DNA of 48,445 nucleotides from Chthonomonas calidirosea (GCA_945859975.1 CAMAPH010000020.1:1-48445); one strand, 5' to 3'. Shown: positions 9,293 to 18,354, numbered from the stretch's first letter. The notes: generated by a model from the letters alone, not told the origin. Made by a program: numbers and translations.

Positions 9293-9341
9293 ATCGGCGG
9301 CGGTACATTAATCGGACCTCTATGACATGGAGGGAGCAATC

Positions 9342-11972
9342 ATGAATGAATTCGCGATGCCTACGCGTTACGACGCGACTCTGACGGAAACGAAGTGGTA
9401 CCTAGCCTGGGAAGCTGCCGGACTTTTTCAACCCGCGGCTGAATCGGACAAGCCGACTTACACCATCACCATTCCGCCGCCTAATATCACCGGCAGCCTG
9501 CACATGGGCCATGCCCTCTGCTATCCGATCCAGGACATGCTGGGGCGATACCAGCGGTTGCGCGGCAAGAACGTCTTGGTTCTTCCCGGTCAAGACCATG
9601 CCGGAATCGCTACGCAGTCCGTCGTTGACAAACAACTCCGAAAAGAAGGATCCAGCGCCGCGGCCTTGGGTCGAGAGAAGTTTATCGAGCGTGTTTGGGA
9701 ATGGAGAAAGGAGAGCGGCGATACGATTCTCAAACAGTTCCGCGCCCTCGGCTGTGGCTTCGATTGGTCGCGCAGCCGGTTCACGCTGGACGAGGCATAC
9801 GCCCAGGCAGTTCTCAAGGTCTTCATCAACTGGTACGACCGCGGCATTATCTTCCGCGGAAAGCGCGTTGTTAACTGGGACCCGACGCTCAAAACGAACG
9901 TTTCTGACATCGAAACCGAGCGCCAGACGGTGAAGGGCAAGCTCTTCCATCTTCGGTATCTCTTCGAAGACGGATCGGGCGAGATCGTGATCGCGACCAC
10001 TCGACCAGAAACCATCCTTGCCGACGTCGCCGTTGCCGTTCACCCTTCCGACGAGCGCTACAAAGACCATCACGGCAAAAAGCTGCTCGTCCCGCTCGTG
10101 AATCGGGCGGTTCCTCTTGTTGCGGATATGTATCCCGACCCAGCGTTTGGTACGGGTGCGGTGAAAATCACTCCCGCGCACGATGCGAACGACTACGAGG
10201 TCGCGGTTCGGCACAACCTGCCGATGCCGGTCATCCTGACCGAATCCGCGCACATCAAGCTGGATGAGATTCAGCCAGTGAACGAGCTGATTGCAACCTA
10301 CGAGGGCCTCAACCGCACCGAATCGCGCAAAAAAATCCTGGAAGACCTTGAAGCTGCCGAGCTTCTGGTGAAAGTTGAGGATCACGAGATCGCGATCGTC
10401 CTCAGCGACCGATCTAAGGACATCATCGAGCCGCTGCTCAGCGAGCAATGGTTCGCCGACCAGCCTGCCCTCGCGCAGCCAGTCATTGATGCGGTCAGGA
10501 GCGGAAAGGTTAAGTTCCACCCTGAACGGTACGAACGGATCTTCATCGAATGGCTGGAGAACATCCGGCCTTGGAATATCAGCCGCCAGCTCTGGTGGGG
10601 CCACCGGGTTCCGGTGTACTACACCGAAGACGGCGAGGCATTCGCCGGGCTCAGTTGGGAAGAAGCGCAGGCAAAGGCCGGGGACAAGAAGATCGTCCGG
10701 CAAGACGATGACGTGCTGGACACCTGGTTCTCGAGCGGCCTTTGGCCGTTTGCCACCCTAGGCTGGCCCGAAGAAACCGCGGATCTTGCGAACCATTATC
10801 CGACCGACGTTTTGGTCACCGACCGCAACATCATCAACCTCTGGGTCGCCCGAATGATGATGATGGGCCTCGATCTCGTGGGCGAAGTGCCGTTCCACGA
10901 GGTGATGATCTACGCCACGGTGATGCGCGAGGACGGAAGACGAATGTCCAAGTCTCTCGGCACCGGCGTTGATCCCATGGAAGTCATCGAAACATTGGGT
11001 GCCGACGTACTTCGTTGGACGCTCCAAAGCCAAACCGGCGAGAACCAAGAGATTCGGTACTCCGAGCAGAAGAACCAAGACTCTCGAAACTTTGCCAACA
11101 AGATCTGGAACGCCACGCGATTCGTTCTCATGAACGTCGAAGCGATGCCAGCTGAACCGACGGAGCTCACCGACGTCGATCGTTGGCTCCTGAGTCGCCT
11201 TGCAAGCACCGAAAAGGCGGTCCGGAAGGCATTTGACGAATACGACCTGCAAACGGGCTGTCAGGCCCTGTTCCGGTTCTTCTGGAGCGAACTGTGCGAC
11301 TGGTACATCGAGGTCTCCAAATCGCGTCTGAACGACCCTACGCAGCGCCTGGTGCCGCAATGGGTGCTGCTCACGTCGATCGAGGCGTTCCTCACGATGC
11401 TGCATCCTGTCATGCCGCATTTGACGGAAGAGCTCTATTCCTTCCTGCCGATCCCGGACAAGGCGCCGTTCCTGATGTCCGCCCGCTGGCCCGTGTTGCC
11501 GGCGCACTTCGAGAATCCGGAGACGGAAGAGCGAATTGAGCGAGCGTTCGAGATCACGCGAAGCCTCCGCGCCCTCCGCGCAAGCGTCGAGGTTGCGGCC
11601 ATGGTGAAGATTCCGGAAGCGTTCTACGAAGGCGATCTTCAAGGAAACGAATCCATTGTCATGAGCCAAGCGTGGGTAGAAAAGTTGACCCCGGGCAAGC
11701 CCGAGGGGGTTCAACTCGTGTCGGTCACGACCGCCGGAGTGGACTTCCATCTACCGGTCGATAGCTTGGTTGACAAAGCGAAGCAGCTTGACCGGATTGA
11801 GAAGGAGATCGCGAAGCTTGAGTTGGAAACGACCAAGATCGCGGGTCGACTGAACAATCCACAGTTCGTTGAGCGAGCCAAGCCCGAAGTCATCGAGCGC
11901 GACCGCGCGGCGGTGGACGAGATGACCGATCGTCTCGCGAAGCTTCAAGAACGCAAGCAACTCTTCAATTGA
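9342..11972 (+). CDS. valS: Valine--tRNA ligase
   Basis: PPPNITGSLHMGH, WNISRQLWWGH, DVLDTWFSS, RMSKS (KMSKS variant) and a C-terminal coiled coil. ATG 9342 follows GGAGGGAG; the ORF is open from 9327. Confidence 0.98.
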   Translation: MNEFAMPTRYDATLTETKWYLAWEAAGLFQPAAESDKPTYTITIPPPNITGSLHMGHALCYPIQDMLGRYQRLRGKNVLVLPGQDHAGIATQSVVDKQLRKEGSSAAALGREKFIERVWEWRKESGDTILKQFRALGCGFDWSRSRFTLDEAYAQAVLKVFINWYDRGIIFRGKRVVNWDPTLKTNVSDIETERQTVKGKLFHLRYLFEDGSGEIVIATTRPETILADVAVAVHPSDERYKDHHGKKLLVPLVNRAVPLVADMYPDPAFGTGAVKITPAHDANDYEVAVRHNLPMPVILTESAHIKLDEIQPVNELIATYEGLNRTESRKKILEDLEAAELLVKVEDHEIAIVLSDRSKDIIEPLLSEQWFADQPALAQPVIDAVRSGKVKFHPERYERIFIEWLENIRPWNISRQLWWGHRVPVYYTEDGEAFAGLSWEEAQAKAGDKKIVRQDDDVLDTWFSSGLWPFATLGWPEETADLANHYPTDVLVTDRNIINLWVARMMMMGLDLVGEVPFHEVMIYATVMREDGRRMSKSLGTGVDPMEVIETLGADVLRWTLQSQTGENQEIRYSEQKNQDSRNFANKIWNATRFVLMNVEAMPAEPTELTDVDRWLLSRLASTEKAVRKAFDEYDLQTGCQALFRFFWSELCDWYIEVSKSRLNDPTQRLVPQWVLLTSIEAFLTMLHPVMPHLTEELYSFLPIPDKAPFLMSARWPVLPAHFENPETEERIERAFEITRSLRALRASVEVAAMVKIPEAFYEGDLQGNESIVMSQAWVEKLTPGKPEGVQLVSVTTAGVDFHLPVDSLVDKAKQLDRIEKEIAKLELETTKIAGRLNNPQFVERAKPEVIERDRAAVDEMTDRLAKLQERKQLFN

Positions 11973-12786
11973 CGCGCTGCCAACGTCCGGAACGAATCTC
12001 GAAAGTGATCGTTCCGGACTCGTCGGTTCGATGAAGCTTTGCGCCGGATGCGTTTATGCGCTCAACGACTTCGGGATGCGGGTGCCGAAAACGGTTGTTG
12101 CGTCCACAACTAATAGCAACATCGGTCGCGCCGAGGCCTTGGAGAAAGACGTCACTCGTAGAGGTTCGGCTGCCATGGTGCCCGGCTTTAACCAAATTCG
12201 CCGTCCACTTAAGCTCATCCGTAATCGTCGGTTCCAGCGCGGTGCTCGCATCGCCAGAGTTCACAAAGCACGCGTCGGCGACGCAAAACCGGGTGAGCAT
12301 GCTGCCGTCGTTGTCGGGTGTTCCTGGCATCCAAGCCGGCACGTACACCTCAAGGCGCGCCGTGCCCATTTGCAAGGTGCCGCGATCCAAAACCCACCGA
12401 ACGCGATCCTGTAGCTTCCATAACCGAAGCGCTGAAGTGAGTTCTGGATGGGTCCGAAACGCCGCAGAAATCAGGATCGGAGCACCAGGAAACTCCTCTG
12501 CCACCGCTGCCGTTCCGTTGACATGATCGAGATCTGGGTGGGTTAGAAAGATAGCGTCTAGAGTTGCAATGCGTAGCGAGCGTAGCTTGCGGGCGAGGCG
12601 ATTATCGCTGTACGGTCCGGTATCGATCAACAGCGTCCGACCATCACTCTGAATCAGCGTCGCGTCCCCCTGACCGACGTCTAAGATCATGATTCGGCTC
12701 GCGGGGCGTCCGGCAGATCCCACCCAAGCTCCACCAAGCGCGGCAACTACCACGCCAATGCTCGTAAAGTTAAGCAGCCGGCGCAC
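11965..12786 (-). CDS. ComEC/Rec2 metallo-beta-lactamase domain as a separate protein
   Basis: Motifs LDVGQGDA, LIDTG, THPDLDH, KAGHHGS and ISCGRNNRFRHPH. GTG 12786 is preceded by GGAGG. Confidence 0.9.
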   Translation of the reverse strand: MRRLLNFTSIGVVVAALGGAWVGSAGRPASRIMILDVGQGDATLIQSDGRTLLIDTGPYSDNRLARKLRSLRIATLDAIFLTHPDLDHVNGTAAVAEEFPGAPILISAAFRTHPELTSALRLWKLQDRVRWVLDRGTLQMGTARLEVYVPAWMPGTPDNDGSMLTRFCVADACFVNSGDASTALEPTITDELKWTANLVKAGHHGSRTSTSDVFLQGLGATDVAISCGRNNRFRHPHPEVVERINASGAKLHRTDESGTITFEIRSGRWQRVN

Positions 12787-14140
12787 GGCTAAACCTCCAA
12801 GTCCCAAACAGGGCGATCAAGAAGCAAGCCGCCACATCCGGCGGAACGTTCGGGAAGCGCAGCATGGTCCAAGACCATCCCGCCGCCGTTTGGATCACCA
12901 CCTGACAATAGCTCAGAAGCCCCTCAATGAGCCAACCGGTGACCGGCTCCAGAAAGCCGAAGCCGAGTTGCGACAAGCCAAATTGCGCCAACGCAAGCAC
13001 GACACAAGCAGACGATGGCAACGCGATTAGCAAGTTTGGGATCAAAGAAAGCACCGGGCTGGTCCCGAAATGGAGGGCAAGTAACGGCAACGATGCGATC
13101 GAGGCGATCACGCCCGTTCGAACTTGCGACGGCACGTTGCCCAAATACGCTTCCGCTTCGGATGTCGCGTTCCCGTACAGACCCAGGGCCGAAACGGTGA
13201 TGAACGACAGCTGAAAGCCCGGATCATAAGCCCACAGCGGCCGCCACATCAACAGACCCAGAGCCGTACATGCGACCGTACTCAGGAAGTCAGACTCTCG
13301 CCGCACAAGGTAGGCGAACAGCGGCACAATCGCCATTGCCGATGCTCGAATGATCGGGGCGTTGAAGCCGGCAGCGAGCGAATAGATGCCTAGCGCCCCG
13401 GCGAGAATGAAGATCATAAATGGCCGGGCAACAGGCAAAAGCGATAACAACACCGTCAACGCCGCCGCAACGATTGAAACCTGAAAACCCGATGCGCTGA
13501 CGATATGGATCGTGCCGCTATCTCTTAGTTGCTTCCACTGCGTAGGCGTAAGCAATGTGTCTGTTCCGAGGCACATTGCCTGAAGTAACTGTGCGTTCCC
13601 GTCCGAAAATCGCGACGACGACCACTCCAAGAAGCCGGTTCGCAGGTTCAAAGCTGGCTTCATTCCGAGAATTCGCGAGGGTTCTACCAAGGCAAATTGA
13701 TCCGTCGTTACCCGCCCCGACAACCGGTTCAAATCATAGTAGGTTTGGTAATCCGCGCTTGGTTGCCGTATCTCACCGGCGAGACGCAACTTGTCACCCA
13801 GGCCGAGTTCGCGATTCCGAGACAAGAGAACAACATCGTAAAGTCGATCTTCTTTGCGCCAAGTGAAGCGAGTGCCGGCCTCGAGAATCTTTGGCATGGA
13901 GACAATTTCACCAACCCCGGAAATTCCTCTCTCGGTAGAACTAACCGTCGAAATGTTCGGTGCAATCCAAAAACCAACAATCGCGGCGACAAGCACAACG
14001 ACCCGACCCACCTGAGACTTAAAACAAGCCAAGAGAACCAGAAGGTAGGCAACACGAAACGGTGAGGATGCAGTGGCTAATCCACAGAGAAGACCGAGAA
14101 GCGCCAGCAGAGCAGGGCGATACTCAAGCTCCTTCCTCAC
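12770..14140 (-). CDS. comEC: ComEC/Rec2 competence (DNA uptake channel) membrane domain
   Basis: Multi-TM protein with GTIHIVSASGFQV, APIIRA and DPGFQLSF. Probable start is GTG 14140, overlapping dciA; the ORF is open from 14170. Confidence 0.88.
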   Translation of the reverse strand: MRKELEYRPALLALLGLLCGLATASSPFRVAYLLVLLACFKSQVGRVVVLVAAIVGFWIAPNISTVSSTERGISGVGEIVSMPKILEAGTRFTWRKEDRLYDVVLLSRNRELGLGDKLRLAGEIRQPSADYQTYYDLNRLSGRVTTDQFALVEPSRILGMKPALNLRTGFLEWSSSRFSDGNAQLLQAMCLGTDTLLTPTQWKQLRDSGTIHIVSASGFQVSIVAAALTVLLSLLPVARPFMIFILAGALGIYSLAAGFNAPIIRASAMAIVPLFAYLVRRESDFLSTVACTALGLLMWRPLWAYDPGFQLSFITVSALGLYGNATSEAEAYLGNVPSQVRTGVIASIASLPLLALHFGTSPVLSLIPNLLIALPSSACVVLALAQFGLSQLGFGFLEPVTGWLIEGLLSYCQVVIQTAAGWSWTMLRFPNVPPDVAACFLIALFGTWRFSRAPAA

Positions 14141-14531
14141 GCTTCCTCGCTTTAATTTTCTCCAGGGCAAACTCTCGGAAGTTAGTTTCTGCCGAACTCA
14201 CGTAAGTGGTTTCTTCAACCGGAATCAGCTCCGCCGGAACCTCCAGCGAGCGAACCCCGAACCGCACTTTCTCAAACAAGCTTCGATCTCCGGCTTCTTC
14301 CGCCAAACGACGCAGGATCGTGTCTGACTGCATTCGAAGCTCCTGCGCCCATACGGAGTTGATCACCGCCACCCAAAGCGTGCCCTGATCGTAACGATCC
14401 GGCTGGCTCTTCTTAGCAAGCTCGGGCCCGACTATCTTGGCCCAGCGACGCATCACGCGAAAGGCCCGAGCCGTCCGCAATACTTCCGGTCGAGCAACCG
14501 CCGACGAAAGCAAATCCGAAACTTGCCTCAA
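14124..14531 (-). CDS. dciA: DciA/DUF721 family protein (replicative helicase loader)
   Basis: WAKIVGPELA...GTLWVAVINSVWAQELR matches DUF721. The start overlaps the recF stop (TTGA). Confidence 0.85.
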   Translation of the reverse strand: MRQVSDLLSSAVARPEVLRTARAFRVMRRWAKIVGPELAKKSQPDRYDQGTLWVAVINSVWAQELRMQSDTILRRLAEEAGDRSLFEKVRFGVRSLEVPAELIPVEETTYVSSAETNFREFALEKIKARKREEGA

Positions 14532-15577
14532 ACCGAATTCACCGCTCCTGCCGAAACCTCAAACACCGAGGCCGAGTTTAGCAAGCGATCACCCGCAAGG
14601 GAAGCCTCCGTGCAAGTCAAAAGTGCCTGTCCCGCTCGGTTCAAAACCACATCGACCAAGAACGCCCGACGCGATTCATCCAAGTCCGAAAGCATGTCGT
14701 CCAGAAGCAGAATTGGCGCGAATCCCAGCCGAGACTTTGCGACTTCCAGCGACGCAAGTTTCACTGAAATCACCGCCGTGCGCTGTTGCCCCTGTGACCC
14801 AAACGACCGGGCATCGCGATTCTCAATAAAGATGGCAACGTCGTCACGGTGCGGGCCAACCGACGATCCACCCCTTGAAATATCCGCCCCTCGGCTTTGC
14901 GCCAAGTAGGCGATCATCTGTTCCTCCGTTTCGGCAGGGTCGTTCGCTTCGTATTCCAGCCGCAGTGCCTCTCCATTGCCCATCTCCGCGTGAATTTGGG
15001 CGGCAAGCTGATTAATGGCGTCAACGTAGTTTCGGCGCGCAGAACGGAGTTCTACCGCCGGACCCGCCATCATCTGCTCCCATGGCAAGTAAGCCTCTTC
15101 CGAAACAAACCGCTCGCGGGCCGTTCGGAGAAGACTGTTTCGCTGTTCCAGAGCTTTCTTGTACTGGGTCAAGTCGCGAAGGTAGGCCGCAGAAAGGGAA
15201 CTCAAATCAAGATCAAGCTGCATGCGTCGATCGCTAGGATCTCCACGGACCAGCTCAAGGTCAGCGGTTGTAACGGAGACCGTTGGTAACCGACCCAGCA
15301 GGTCTGCCGCACGTGGCAAAGAGGCACGGTTCAGAGCCGCCCTCTTCTTCGCCGTTCGGGAAACGTGAATCGAGAGTTGGGTCAACGATTCGGCCAAGGT
15401 CACCGTCACCGAAGCATCGCCCTCCCCATCGCGAATCGCTTCCTGTTCCCGCCTCCCTCGCAAAAGACGAGTCGTAGAAACGAGAGACAAAGCCTCAAGC
15501 AAGCTCGTCTTTCCCTGAGCGTTTGCGCCAACCAGCACGTTGAATCCAGAATTCAATCTGACTTCCGCAGTTTTCAA
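14528..15577 (-). CDS. recF: DNA replication and repair protein RecF
   Basis: GANAQGKT (Walker A), GDPSDRR, VGPHRDD, GSQGQQRT and LLLDDMLSDLD. RecF-like sequence (..ISVTNFR) extends about 12 codons upstream of TTG 15577, so the true start is uncertain. Confidence 0.96.
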   Translation of the reverse strand: MKTAEVRLNSGFNVLVGANAQGKTSLLEALSLVSTTRLLRGRREQEAIRDGEGDASVTVTLAESLTQLSIHVSRTAKKRAALNRASLPRAADLLGRLPTVSVTTADLELVRGDPSDRRMQLDLDLSSLSAAYLRDLTQYKKALEQRNSLLRTARERFVSEEAYLPWEQMMAGPAVELRSARRNYVDAINQLAAQIHAEMGNGEALRLEYEANDPAETEEQMIAYLAQSRGADISRGGSSVGPHRDDVAIFIENRDARSFGSQGQQRTAVISVKLASLEVAKSRLGFAPILLLDDMLSDLDESRRAFLVDVVLNRAGQALLTCTEASLAGDRLLNSASVFEVSAGAVNSV

Positions 15578-15628
15578 AAGGCGAAAGTTCGTGACCGAAA
15601 TGGTCTCGGCAACCGGGGTGAGAGATCG

Positions 15629-15858
15629 ATTTCCACCGGGTGTTTCTAATTGAACGTCTATATTTACTGAACTTACAGTTATTATTAGAGGCCCCCAAAT
15701 CGGTGGAAAACCACGGTCTCTAGGTTCAGCCGCAGGTTCAAACCACTTTGGGGAAGAGGACGGGAAAACTGTCCCAAAGGTGAATCAAAGTCGGGCACCT
15801 TTCCCCAAGAAGCGGAGTCACCAAAGTTTTCCCCGGAAAAGTTGGCCACCTTTCCACC
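15629..15858. other. Candidate replication origin (oriC)
   Basis: Six DnaA-box-like 9-mers (15629, 15702, 15749, 15799, 15827, 15850). On the minus strand, TTTTCCACC is followed by GGGGGCC, CTA-ATA-ATA trio-like repeats and an AT-rich tract (15643-15688). Lies next to recF-dciA and about 6 kb from parS. Confidence 0.55.
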
Positions 15859-15872
15859 AGGTTTTCGGCAGG

Positions 15873-16628
15873 TCAAAGGAGCCCGTTTCGTCGCCCGTAT
15901 TTCATAACGACAGCCTCCGCAAGAAAGATCGGGTGGATGGTTGGCACAGGTGGAACTTGCCTAAGCTCGGCGAACGGAATCCAAACTTGCACAACCATTT
16001 CGTGCTGAATCCGGTCCGGCAATTCCGGGAATCGGTCGGCAAATCGCTTCAGGGCGTGGTACTCGCTCAAGGTCATTCCCTCAAGTTCACCCACCTGGCT
16101 TTCCAACGGATGCAGCCCGGCGCGGTGCGGGGCAATCACGTATTTCGGCGTGTTGCGTCGCTCAACCACGACAACCGTTCCCGCCAGCATGTCGCCCAGC
16201 CGTTGGGCTTTGGCGTTCGTGAAAATGGCAATCAGGCCCACCAGATAAGGGCCCGGAAGGATGTCGGCAACCCGCAGCATGTTCCGAGCACAAGCCGCAT
16301 TCCAGGTGATCGGCGTGCCATCCAACATGCGGACTCGGACGCCGGTCGCCTTCTTGCCGAGCGTTTGGCCGTTCATCCAAACTTCGCTGAGGATGAAGTA
16401 CCCGAGCGGTACCAAAAAGCTTGCGATGAGAACAAGGGCCACGGCAATGCCTGGATCAAGCCGTCCGATGCCGACGGAGAGCACCAAACTGAAAAGCACA
16501 ATAATGCCGGCAACGATAATCACATCGAGCAGATGGGCAAAGATTCGCGCACTCAGGCCAGCGAGCCGATAGGTCACGACCGCCTTATCTGGGGTAAGCA
16601 CCGCAAATTCGTGCTGCACAACGTACAT
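15873..16628 (-). CDS. RDD family membrane protein
   Basis: LAGLSARIFAHLLD, GQTLGKKATGVRV, RNMLRVAD and QRLGDMLAGTVVV. Start is ATG 16628 or GTG 16619. Confidence 0.92.
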   Translation of the reverse strand: MYVVQHEFAVLTPDKAVVTYRLAGLSARIFAHLLDVIIVAGIIVLFSLVLSVGIGRLDPGIAVALVLIASFLVPLGYFILSEVWMNGQTLGKKATGVRVRMLDGTPITWNAACARNMLRVADILPGPYLVGLIAIFTNAKAQRLGDMLAGTVVVVERRNTPKYVIAPHRAGLHPLESQVGELEGMTLSEYHALKRFADRFPELPDRIQHEMVVQVWIPFAELRQVPPVPTIHPIFLAEAVVMKYGRRNGLL

Positions 16629-16665
16629 TCTACGGGTTAACGCAAGCCGAGCAAAAGGATTTCTC

Positions 16666-17973
16666 TTGGTACCAACGAAACGATGCTGGCTCTTGCTCGC
16701 TATGGGTGTTCCCGTCGGGGTCGTCAGCACGTCATTGGGCAGTCCGTACCTGCTGATTGCTTATAACGTTCTGGTGCTGGTGGCGACCTATGTCGACCAT
16801 CGTCTTGGACCGAAAGGCGAGAACATCACGATCAAGCGGGTTTTCGATCCGGTGCTGTCGGTCCGGGTTCCGAACCGCATTTTGCTGCGCGTTGAGAACG
16901 GATCCCGGGAAGCTCTAGAAGGAAAACTTCGTGACGAGGCCCCGGCCGGTGTCGTTCCGGATGGAAACGAAGTCCCGATCTCGCTCCAGCCGGGCGCATC
17001 GTTTGACACCGTCTATCACGTCACGCCGGGAGAGCGGGGTACCGACCGGTTCCGAGGCACCTACCTTCGGCTGAATTGCCCTTTCGGGCTCTCCTATCGC
17101 GACCTTAAGCTCGAAACCACCGAGGCCGTACGGGTGTATCCGAACGTCCTCGCCCTGCGCGAATTTGACTTGCTCAACCAGCAAGGTCGGCTGCGGGAAA
17201 TGGGAATTCGCCGGAGCCGCTTCCGAGGACTCGGGTCGGAATTTGAATCTCTCCGCGAGTACGCCGAAGGCGATGACTTCCGAAAGATCGACCACAAGGC
17301 CAGCGCCCGCCGCGGAAAGCTAATCGTGCGCCAGTACGAAACCGAGCGCAGCCAAGCCGTGCTGATCCTCATCGACGTCGGTCGGCACATGCTTTCCGAG
17401 GTCAACGGCGTCCGAAAACTGGATCACGTTCTGGACAGCCTCATCTTGCTGACCAACGCGGCGTCGGTGGCAGGAGACCTTGTTGGCCTGTTGGTCGTTT
17501 CAGATACGGTCCGGCGCTACATCCCACCGCGCAAAGGCCGCTCGCAGGTCGGCATGGTCATCGAAAGTTGCCACGACCTCGTCGCCGAACCGGTCGAGAC
17601 AGACCTGATCGGCGGCACCTCGTATCTCAATGGTCGCTGGAAGCGAAGATCGCTGGTGGTCGTGTTCTCGGACTACGAGGACGGCGACCGGGCGAAAGAA
17701 ATGGTCGCCGCGCTTGGCAGCCTCACTCGCCGCCATTTGGTGCTGGTCGTGCGAGTTCAGGATGGTCGGCTGAATGAGGCGATGCAAGCTCCCATCGACT
17801 CGACGGAAGCCGCCTACACCCGCGCCGCTGCCGACCTGCTTCTGTCCGAAAGAAAAGAAGCGGCCAAGCTGTTCAGCGCCGCCCGCATTCACCAACTCGA
17901 ATCCGAGCCGCAGGACCTCGCGGCCAACCTGGTGAACTTTTACATGAACGTAAAGGAACGCGGCTTGTTATAA
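16666..17973 (+). CDS. DUF58 family (MoxR-associated, vWA-like) protein
   Basis: N-terminal TMs, VRVYPN and GSEFESLREYAEGDDFRKIDHKASARRGKLIVRQYE. Confidence 0.92.
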   Translation: MVPTKRCWLLLAMGVPVGVVSTSLGSPYLLIAYNVLVLVATYVDHRLGPKGENITIKRVFDPVLSVRVPNRILLRVENGSREALEGKLRDEAPAGVVPDGNEVPISLQPGASFDTVYHVTPGERGTDRFRGTYLRLNCPFGLSYRDLKLETTEAVRVYPNVLALREFDLLNQQGRLREMGIRRSRFRGLGSEFESLREYAEGDDFRKIDHKASARRGKLIVRQYETERSQAVLILIDVGRHMLSEVNGVRKLDHVLDSLILLTNAASVAGDLVGLLVVSDTVRRYIPPRKGRSQVGMVIESCHDLVAEPVETDLIGGTSYLNGRWKRRSLVVVFSDYEDGDRAKEMVAALGSLTRRHLVLVVRVQDGRLNEAMQAPIDSTEAAYTRAAADLLLSERKEAAKLFSAARIHQLESEPQDLAANLVNFYMNVKERGLL

Positions 17974-18354
17974 AGGTGTCTACAGAAGTGACGCTTCAGA
18001 GTGATCGTTTAGACCGGGAAGGCTAGAGCTTTATCGAAAAGTCACTGTAAGACCATCAGCGTTCTATACTCCAACACCGTCAGGACAATGCTAACGAGAC
18101 GTTTGAAACAGCTATTTTAGGTTCGAGGATAGGAAATTAATGTTAAAATTGCCCACAATGGTTCCATAATCTTAACAATTTCCCGGTCAGCTTTCCTTGG
18201 AGATTATAAATCGTGTTTCATTTTGGCTCTCACCATTCTTCTACTGTCTGAACCCGTAACTCTAGTAATCAGATTCCTTGCACTTTTCAAAAAAGCTATT
18301 AAGAGTCCCGATTTATTACCCACATCGCTAAAAAGTGTGATAAAGTCCGCTCAT

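Noticed and set aside
8535..9311. 258-aa alternative-frame ORF over cdsA
   Set aside because: Arg-rich off-frame translation, while the cdsA frame has clear family motifs. It would also run through parS.
9402..11750. Long minus-strand ORFs (433 aa and 330 aa) opposite valS
   Set aside because: Antisense shadows of a GC-rich, codon-biased gene, with no recognisable motifs.
15780..16640. 286-aa plus-strand ORF opposite the RDD gene
   Set aside because: Antisense to a well-supported gene, with no motifs.
18005..18030. CC-GGGAA-GG loop suggesting SRP (4.5S) RNA
   Set aside because: Lacks the conserved CAGG...AGCA internal loop of SRP helix 8. Kept only as an unexplained hairpin.
18223..18354. 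44-codon N-terminal extension of the islet ORF from TTG 18223
   Set aside because: Lies in AT-rich promoter-like DNA. TGaTAAAGT 8 nt before ATG 18355 and the domain boundary favour the later start.
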